Positions 55,101 to 64,000 of a stretch of DNA of 64,000 nt are shown here, piece after piece; the stretch's first letter is position 1; each line of letters starts with the position of its first letter. The DNA is taken from NCBI RefSeq assembly GCF_009914755.1, contig NC_060925.1; one strand, written 5' to 3'. A program made the translations under genes and the position numbers. The DNA is from the human T2T-CHM13v2.0 reference genome, Homo sapiens. The notes under the pieces are model-generated. The model saw only the letters and a program-made list of their open reading frames with translations. It did not search any database and was not told where the DNA came from.

Positions 55101-57500
55101 TCCACAAAAAGAGTGTTTCAGGTCTGCTCTGCGTAAAGGATCGTTCAACTCTGTGAGTTGAATACACACAACACAAGGAAGTTACTGAGAATTATTCTGT
55201 CTAGCAGAATATGAAGAAATCCCGTTTCCAACGAAGGCCTCAAGGAGGTCTGAATATCCACTTGCAGAATTTACAAACAGAGTGTTTCCTAACTGCTCTA
55301 TGAACAGAAAGGTTAAACTCTGTGAGTTGAACGAACGCATCACAACGCAGTTTGTGGGAATGATTCTGTCTAGTTTTGAAACGAAGATATTTCCTTTTCT
55401 GCCATTGACCTTAAAGCGCTTGAAATCTACACTTGCAAATTGCACAAATAGAGTGTTTCAAATCTGCTCTAAGGGAACGTTCAACTCTGTGAGTTGAATG
55501 CACACAACACAAGGAAGTTACTGGGAATTCTTCTGTCTAGCCTTACATGAAAAAAACCCGTTTCCAACGAAGGCCTCTAAGTGGTCAAAATATCCACGTG
55601 CAGACTTTACAAACAGAGTGTTTCCAAACCGCTGAATGAAAAGAAAAGTTAAACTCTGAGAGTTGAACGCACACATCACGCAGCAGTTTCTGAGAATGAT
55701 TCTGTCTAGTTTTTATACGAAGATATTTCCTTTTCTGCCTTTGGCCCCAAAGCGCTTGAAATCTCCAATTGCAAATTCCACAAAAACAGTGTTTCAAATC
55801 TGCTCTCTCTAAATGAAAGTTCAACTCTGTCAGTTGAATACACACAACACAAGGAAGTTACTGAGAATTCTTCTGTCTAGCATAATATGAAGAAATCCCG
55901 TTTCCAACGAAGGCCTCAAAGGGGACTGAATATCCACTTGCAGACTTTATAAACAGAGTGTTTACTAACTGCTCTATGAAAAGAAAGGTTAAACTCTGTG
56001 AGTTGAACACACACATCACAAAGGAGTTTCTGAGAATCATTCTGTCTAGTTTTTCTACGAAGATATTTCCTTTTCTACTATTGACCTCAAAGCGGCTGAA
56101 ATCTCCACTTGCAAATTCCACAAAAAGAGTGTTTCAAGTCTGCTCTGTGTAAAGGATCGTTCAACTCTGTGAGTTGAATACACACAACACAAGGAAGTTA
56201 CTGAGAATTCTTCTGTCTAGCAGAATATGAAGAAATCCCGTTTCCAACGAAGGCCTCAAAGAGGTCTGAATATCCACTTGCAGACTTTACAAACAGAGTG
56301 TTTCCTAACTGCTCTATGAACAGAAAGGTTAAACTCTGTGAGTTGAACGCACACATCACAAAGGAGTTTCTGAGAATCGTTCTGTCTAGTTTCTATAGGA
56401 AGATATTTCCTATTCTACCATTGACCTCAAAGCGGCTGAAATCTCCACTTGCAAATTCCACAAAAAGAGTGTTTCAAGTCTGCTCTGTGTAAAGGATCGT
56501 TCAACTCTGTGAGTTGAATACACATAACACAAGGAAGTTACTGAGAATTCTTCTGTCTAGCAGAATATGAAGAAATCCCGTTTCCAACGAAGGCCACAAG
56601 ATGTCTGAATATCCACTTACAGACTTTACAAACAGAGTGTTTCCTAACTGCTCTATGAACAGAAAGGTTAAACTCTGTGAGTTGTACGAACACATCACAA
56701 CGCAGTTTGTGGGAATGATTCTGTCTAGTTTTGAAACGAAGATATTTCCTTTTCTGCCGTTGACCTTAAAGAGCTTGAAAACTACACTTGCAAATTGCAC
56801 AAATAGAGTGTTTCAAATCTGCTCTGTCTAAGGGAACGTTCAACTCTGTGAGTTGAATGCACACAACACAAGGAAGTTACTGGGAATTCTTCTGTCTAGC
56901 CTTACATGAAAAAAACCCGTTTCCAACGAAGGCCTCTAAGTGGTCAAAATTTCCACGTGCAGACTTTACAAACAGAGTGTTTCCAAACCGCTGAATGAAA
57001 AGAAAAGTTAAACTCTGAGAGTTGAACGCACACGTCACGCAGCAGTTTCTGAGAATGATTCTGTCTAGTTTTTATACGAAGATATTTCCTTTTCTGCCTT
57101 TGGCCCCAAAGCGCTTGAAATCTCCACTTGCAAATTCCACAAAAACAGTGTTTCAAATCTGCTCTCTCTAAATGAAAGTTCAACTCTGTGAGTTGAATAC
57201 ACACAACACAAGGAAGTTACTGAGAATTCTTCTGTCTAGCATAATATGAAGAAATCCCGTTTCCAACGAAGGCCTCAAAGGGGTCTGAATATCCACTTGC
57301 AGACTTTATAAACAGAGTGTTTACTAACTGCTCTATGAAAAGAAAGGTTAAACTCTGTGAGTTGAACACACACATCACAAAGGAGTTTCTGAGAATCATT
57401 CTGTCTAGTTTTTCTACGAAGATATTTCCTTTTCTACTATTGACCTCAAAGCGGCTGAAATCTCCACTTGCAAATTCCACAAAAAGAGTGTTTCAAGTCT
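52150..57500. repeat. Tandem duplication with 2716-bp period (8 dimers = two different 8-mers)
   Basis: Offset 2716 for 52225/54941, 52566/55282, 53242/55958, 53582/56298, 53885/56601, 54228/56944 and 54601/57317. Markers CATCAGAAAG, the CTGCTCTAAG deletion, GGGGACTGAA and GAGTTGTACG. Confidence 0.86.
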
Positions 57501-59603
57501 GCTCTGTGTAAAGGATCGTTCAACTCTGTGAGTTGAATACACACAACACAAGGAAGTTACTGAGAATTCTTCTGTCTAGCAGAATATGAAGAAATCCCGT
57601 TTCCAACGAAGGCCTCAAAGAGGTCTGAATATCCACTTGCAGACTTTACAAACAGAGTGTTTCCGAACTGCTCTATGAAAAGAAAGGTTAAACTCTCTGA
57701 GTTGAACGCACACATCACAAAGGAGTTTCTGAGAATCGTTCTGTCTAGTTTCTATAGGAAGATATTTCCTTTTCTACCACTGAACTCAAAGCGGCTGAAA
57801 TCTCCACTTGCAAATTCCACAAAAAGAATGTTTCAAGTCTGCTCTGTGTAAACGATCGTTCAACTCTGTGAGTTGAATACACACAACACAAGGAAGTTAC
57901 TGAGAATTCTTCTGTCTAGCATAATATGAAGAAATCCCGTTTCCAACGAAGGCCTCAAAGAGGTCTGAATATCCACTTGCAGACTTTACAAACAGAGTGT
58001 TTCCTAACTGCTCTATGAAAAGAAAAGTTAAACTCTGTGATTTGAACGCACACATCACAAAGGAGTTTCTGAGAATCATTCTGTCTGGTCTTTATACGAA
58101 GATATTTCCTTTTCTACCATTGACCTAAAAGCGGCTGAAATCTCCACTTGCCAATTCCACAAAAAGAGTCTTTCAAGTCTGCTCTGTGTAAAGGATTGTT
58201 CAACTCTGTGAGTTGAATACACACAACACAAGGAAGTTACTGAGAATTCTTCTGTCTAGCAGAATATGAAGAAATCCCGTTTCCAACGAAGGCCTCAAGG
58301 AGGTCTGAATATCCACTTGCAGACTTTACAAACAGAGTGTTTCCTAACAGCTCTATGAACAGAAAGGTTAAACTCTGTGAGTTGAACGCACACATCACAA
58401 AGGAGTTTCTGAGAATCATTCTGTCTAGTCTTTATACGAAGATATTTCCTTTTCTACCATTGACCTCAAAGCGGCTGAAATCTCCACTTGCAAATTCCAC
58501 AAAAAGAGTGTTTCAAGTCTCCTCTGTGTAAAGGATCATTCAACTCTGTGAGTTGAATAAACACAACACAAGGAAGTTACTGAGAATTCTTCTGTCTAGC
58601 AGAACATGAAGAAATCCCGTTTCCAACGAAGGCCTCAAGGAGGTCTGAATATCCACTTGCAGACTTTACAAACAGAGTGTTTCCTAACTGCTCTATGAAA
58701 AGAAAGGTTAAACTCTGTGAGTTGAACGCACACATCACAAAGGAGTTTATGAGAATCATTCTCTCTAGTTTCTATAAGAAGATATTTCCTATTCTACCAT
58801 TGACCTCAAAGCGGCTGAAATCTCCACTTGCAAATTCGACAAAAAGAGTGTTTCAAGTCTGCTCTGTGTAAAGGATCGTTAAACTCTGTGAGTTGAATAC
58901 ACACAACACAAGGAAGTTACTGAGAATTATTCTGTCTAGCATAATATGAAGAAATCCCGTTTCCAACGAAGGCCTCAAAGAGGTCTGAATATCCACTTGC
59001 AGACTTTACAAACAGAGTGTTTCCTAACTGCTCTATGAGAAGAAAAGTTAAACTCTGTGAGTTGAACGCACACATCACAAAAGATTTTCTGAGAATCATT
59101 CTGTCTAGTCTTTATATGAAGATAGTTTCCTTTTCTACCATTGACCTCAAAGCGGCTGAAATCTCCACTTGCAAATTCCACAAAAAGAGTGTTTCAAGTC
59201 TGCTCTGTGTAAAGGATCGTTCAACTCTGTGAGTTGAATACACACAACACAAGGAAGTTACTGAGAATTCTTCTGTCTAGCAGAATATGAAGAAATCCCG
59301 TTTCCAACGAAGGCCACAAGATGTCAGAATATCCACTTGCAGACTTTACAAACAGAGTGTTTCCTAACTGCTCTATGAACAGAAAGGTTAAACTCTGTGA
59401 GTTGAACGAACACATCACAACGCAGTTTGTGGGAATGATTCTGTCTAGTTTTGAAACGAAGATATTTCCTTTTCTGCCGTTGACCTTAAAGCGCTTGAAA
59501 TCTACACTTGCAAATTGCACAAATAGAGTGTTTCAAATCTGCTCTGTCTAAGGGAACGTTCAACTCTGTGAGTTGAATGCACACAACACAAGGAAGTTAC
59601 TGG
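56884..59603 (-). repeat. Complete 16-mer HOR copy (8 distinct dimers, 2720 bp)
   Basis: One each of the eight dimer types lies in order between GAATTC at 56884 and GAATTC at 59604. Confidence 0.8.
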
Positions 59604-62600
59604 GAATTCTTCTGTCTAGCCTTACATGAAAAAACCCGTTTCCAACGAAGGCCTCTAAGTGGTCAAAATATACACGTGCAGACTTTACAAACAGAGTGTT
59701 TCCAAACCGCTGAATGAAAAGAAAAGTTGAACTCTGAGAGTTGAACGCACACATCACGCAGCAGTTTCTGAGAATGATTCTGTCTAGTTTTTATACGAAG
59801 ATATTTCCTTTTCTGCCTTTGGCCCCAAAGCGCTTGAAATCTCCACTTGCAAATTCCACAAAAACAGTGTTTCAAATCTGCTCTCTCTAAATGAAAGTTC
59901 AACTCTGTCAGTTGAGTACACACAACACAAGGAAGTTACTGAGAATTCTTCTGTCTAGCATAATATGAAGAAATCCCGTTTCCAACGAAGGCCTCAAAGG
60001 GGTCTGAATATCCACTTGCAGACTTTATAAACAGAGTGTTTACTAACTGCTCTATGAAAAGAAAGGTTAAACTCTGTGAGTTGAACACACACATCACAAA
60101 GGAGTTTCTGAGAATCATTCTGTCTAGTTTTTCTACGAAGATATTTCCTTTTCTACTATTGACCTGAAAGCGGCTGAAATCTCCACTTGCAAATTCCACA
60201 AAAAGAGTGTTTCAAGTCTGCTCTGTGTAAAGGATCGTTCAACTCTGTGAGTTGAATACACACAACACAAGGAAGTTACTGAGAATTCTTCTGTCTAGCA
60301 GAATATGAAGAAATCCCGTTTCCAACGAAGGCCTCAAAGAGGTCTGAATATCCACTTGCAGACTTTACAAACAGAGTGTTTCCTAACTGCTCTATGAAAA
60401 GAAAAGTTAAACTCTGTGAGTTGAACGCACACATCACAAAGGAGTTTCTGAGAATCGTTCTGTCTAGTTTCTATAGGAAGATATTTCCTATTCTACCATT
60501 GACCTCAAAGCGGCTGAAATCTCCACTTGCAAATTCCACAAAAAGAATGTTTCAAGTCTGCTCTGTGTAAAGGATCGTTCAACTCTGTGAGTTGAATACA
60601 CACAACACAAGGAAGTTACTGAGAATTATTCTGTCTAGCATAATATGAAGAAATCCCGTTTCCAACGAAGGCCTCAAAGAGGTCTGAATATCCACTTGCA
60701 GACTTTACAAACAGAGTGTTTCCTAACTGCTCTATGAAAAGAAAAGTTAAACTCTTTGAGTTGAACGCACACATCACAAAGGAGTTTCTGAGAATCATTC
60801 TGTCTAGTCTTTATACGAAGATATTTCCTTTTCTACCATTGACCTCAAAGCGGCTGAAATCTCCACTTGCAAATTCCACAAAAAGAGTGTTTCAAGTCTG
60901 CTCTGTGTAAAGGATCGTTCAACTCTGTGAGTTGAATACACACAACACAAGGAAGTTACTGAGAATTCTTCTGTCTAGCAGAATATGAAGAAATCCCGTT
61001 TCCAACGAAGGCCTCAAGGAGGTCTGAATATCCACTTGCAGACTTTACAAACAGAGTGTTTCCTAACTGCTCTATGAACAGAAAGGTTAAACTCTGTGAG
61101 TTGAACGCACACATCACAAAGGACTTTCTGAGAATCATTCTGTCTAGTCTTTATACGAAGATATTTACTTTTCTACCATTGACCTCAAAGCGGCTGAAAT
61201 CTCCACTTGCAAATTCCACAAAAAGAGTGTTTCAAGTCTGCTCTGTGTAAAGGATCATTCAACTCTGTGAGTTGAATAAACACAACACAAGGAAGTTACT
61301 GAGAATTCTTCTGTCTAGCAGAATATGAAGAAATCCCGTTTCCAACGAAGGCCTCAAGGAGGTCTGAATATCCACTTGCACACTTTACAAACAGAGTGTT
61401 TCCTAACTGCTCTATGAGAAGAAAAGTTAAACTCTGTGAGTTGAACGCACACATCACAAAAGATTTTCTGAGAATCATTCTGTCTAGTCTTTATATGAAG
61501 ATAGTTTCCTTTTCTACCATTGACCTCAAAGCGGCTGAAATCTCCACTTGCAAATTCCACAAAAAGAGTGTTTCAAGTCTGCTCTGTGTAAAGGATCGTT
61601 CAACTCTGTGAGTTGAATACACACAACACAAGGAAGTTACTGAGAATTCTTCTGTCTAGCAGAATATGAAGAAATCCCGTTTCCAACGAAGGCCACAAGA
61701 TGTCAGAATATCCACTTACAGACTTTACAAACAGAGTGTTTCCTAACTGCTCTATGAACAGAAAGGTTAAACTCTGTGAGTTGAACGAACACATCACAAC
61801 GCAGTTTGTGGGAATGATTCTGTCTAGTTTTGAAACGAAGATATTTCCTTTTCTGCCGTTGACCTTAAAGCGCTTGAAATCTACACTTGCAAATTGCACA
61901 AATAGAGTGTTTCAAATCTGCTCTGTCTAAGGGAACGTTCAACTCTGTGAGTTGAATGCACACAACACAAGGAAGTTACTGGGAATTCTTCTGTCTAGCC
62001 TTACATGAAAAAAACCCGTTTCCAACGAAGGCCTCTAAGTGGTCAAAATTTCCACGTGCAGACTTTACAAACAGAGTGTTTCCAAACCGCTGAATGAAAA
62101 GAAAAGTTAAACTCTGAGAGTTGAACGCACACATCACGCAGCAGTTTCTGAGAATGATTCTGTCTAGTTTTTATACGAAGATATTTCCTTTTCTGCCTTT
62201 GGCCCCAAAGCGCTTGAAATCTCCACTTGCAAATTCCACAAAAACAGTGTTTCAAATCTGCTCTCTCTAAACGAAAGTTCAACTCTGTCAGTTGAATACA
62301 CACAACACAAGGAAGTTACTGAGAATTCTTCTGTCTAGCAAAATATGAAGAAATCCCGTTTCCAACGAAGGCCTCAAAGGGGTCTGAATATCCACTTGCA
62401 GACTTTATAAACAGAGTGTTTACTAACTGCTCTATGAAAAGAAAGGTTAAACTCTGTGAGTTGAACACACACATCACAAAGGAGTTTCTGAGAATCATTC
62501 TGTCTAGTTTTTCTACGAAGATATTTCCTTTTCTACTATTGACCTCAAAGCGGCTGAAATCTCCACTTGCAAATTCCACAAAAAGAGTGTTTCAAGTCTG

Positions 62601-63700
62601 CTCTGTGTAAAGGATCGTTCAACTCTGTGAGTTGAATACACACAACACAAGGAAGTTACTGAGAATTATTCTGTCTAGCAGAATATGAAGAAATCCCGTT
62701 TCCAACGAAGGCCTCAAAGAGGTCTGAATATCCACTTGCAGACTTTACAAACAGAGTGTTTCCTAACTGCTCTATGAAAAGAAAGGTTAAACTCTGTGAG
62801 TTGAACGCACACATCACAAAGGAGTTTCTGAGAATCGTTCTGTCTAGTTTCTATAGGAAGATATTTCCTATTCTACCATTGACCTCAAAGCGGCTGAAAT
62901 CTCCACTTGCAAATTCCACAAAAAGAATGTTTCAAGTCTGCTCTGTGTAAACGATCGTTCAACTCTGTGAGTTGAATACACACAACACAAGGAAGTTACT
63001 GAGAATTCTTCTGTCTAGCATAATATGAAGAAATCCCGTTTCCAACGAAGGCCTCAAAGAGGTCTGAATATCCACTTGCAGACTTTACAAACAGAGTGTT
63101 TCCTAACTGCTCTATGAAAAGAAAAGTTAAACTCTTTGAGTTGAACGCACACATCACAAAGGAGTTTCTGAGAATCATTCTGTCTAGTCTTTATACGAAG
63201 ATATTTCCTTTTCTACCATTGACCTCAAAGCGGCTGAAATCTCCACTTGCAAATTCCACAAAAAGAGTGTTTCAAGTCTGCTCTGTGTAAAGGATCGTTC
63301 AACTCTGTGAGTTGAATACACACAACACAAGGAAGTTACTGAGAATTCTTCTGTCTAGCAGAATATGAAGAAATCCCGTTTCCAACGAAGGCCTCAAGGA
63401 GGTCTGAATATCCACTTGCAGACTTTACAAACAGAGTGTTTCCTAACTGCTCTATGAACAGAAAGGTTAAACTCTGTGAGTTGAACGCACACATCACAAA
63501 GGACTTTCTGAGAATCATTCTGTCTAGTCTTTATACGAAGATATTTACTTTTCTACCATTGACCTCAAAGCGGCTGAAATCTCCACTTGCAAATTCCACA
63601 AAAAGAGTGTTTCAAGTCTGCTCTGTGTAAAGGATCATTCAACTCTGTGAGTTGAATAAACACAACACAAGGAAGTTACTGAGAATTCTTCTGTCTAGCA
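59221..63700. repeat. Near-tandem duplication with 2379-2380-bp period (14-mer followed by the start of a 16-mer-like copy)
   Basis: Offsets for 59321/61700, 60376/62756, 60716/63096 and 61056/63436. Markers ACTCTTTGAG (~60751/63131) and GGACTTTCTG (~61121/63501). Confidence 0.8.
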
Positions 63701-64000
63701 GAATATGAAGAAATCCCGTTTCCAACGAAGGCCTCAACGAGGTCTGAATATCCACTTGCAGACTTTACAAACAGAGTGTTTCCTAACTGCTCTATGAACA
63801 GAAAGGTTAAACTCTGTGAGTTGAACGCACACATCAGAAAGGAGTTCATGAGAATCATTTTGTCTAGGTTCTATAAGAAGATATTTCCTATTCTACCATT
63901 GACCTCAAAGCGGCTGAAATCTCCACTTGCAAATTCGACAAAAAGAGTGTTTCAAGCCTGCTCTCTGTAAAGGATCCTTCAACTCTGTGAGTTGAATACA

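Larger units (their letters stand above)
1..64000 (-). repeat. Centromeric alpha-satellite array, SF1 (J1/J2) ~340-bp dimer organisation, probably D1Z7/D5Z2/D19Z3 (chr1/5/19) family
   Basis: ~340-bp periodicity end to end (ORF track repeats every 338-341 bp), with two related ~170-bp halves. CENP-B box in every second monomer and GAATTC once in most dimers (classical EcoRI dimer). Typical alphoid motifs are present (AAACTCTGTGAGTTGAA, CACTTGCAGA, TTTCTGAGAAT). The standard consensus reads on the minus strand. The alpha-satellite call is near certain; the chr1/5/19 family assignment is from recognition only. Confidence 0.98.

Noticed and set aside
34-63970. Hundreds of 60-105 aa ORFs on both strands
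   Set aside because: They recur with the 340-bp repeat and overlap on both strands. Many start at GTG/TTG, I recognise no domain in them, and they are broken or fused by random SNPs and indels. They are satellite translation artefacts, used here only as dimer fingerprints.
1-64000. CRISPR-like array or novel repeat-spacer system
   Set aside because: There are no unique spacers and no associated genes; the sequence between conserved motifs is itself repeated alpha satellite.
1-64000. L1/Alu/ERV insertion, other satellite block or inversion
   Set aside because: Periodicity is continuous, no non-alphoid stretch or long poly(A) was seen, and every CENP-B box read is in the same orientation.
1-64000. 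Assignment to a specific chromosome or to the kinetochore (CENP-A/CDR) site
   Set aside because: The family is shared by chromosomes 1, 5 and 19 and needs alignment to resolve; CENP-A position is epigenetic and not visible in sequence.

Overview
The whole 64 kb window is one uninterrupted, single-orientation array of primate (almost certainly human) centromeric alpha satellite. It consists of ~170-bp monomers alternating as a ~340-bp dimer (about 188 dimers). One monomer carries a CENP-B box (TCCCGTTTCCAACGAAG on +, CTTCGTTGGAAACGGGA on -) and usually an EcoRI site, and the other carries a pJalpha-like box. This is suprachromosomal family 1 (J1/J2) organisation. From recognition rather than alignment, it resembles the D1Z7/D5Z2/D19Z3 (S1C1/5/19H1L) family. 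I found no genes, RNA genes, transposon insertions or inversions. All listed ORFs are repeat-periodic artefacts, useful only as fingerprints for typing dimers. I found no new gene system. The interest is in the higher-order structure. Eight recognisable dimer types (my labels A-H) follow an underlying 16-mer order that is intact only once. Elsewhere they are rearranged into 6- to 22-mer variants by in-register deletions, hybrid dimers, and nested tandem or dispersed kb-scale duplications marked by private SNPs and microhomology deletions. About 11 CENP-B boxes are broken, seven of them forming one apparent stepwise lineage. All counts and offsets were read by eye and from the ORF track and need alignment to confirm.
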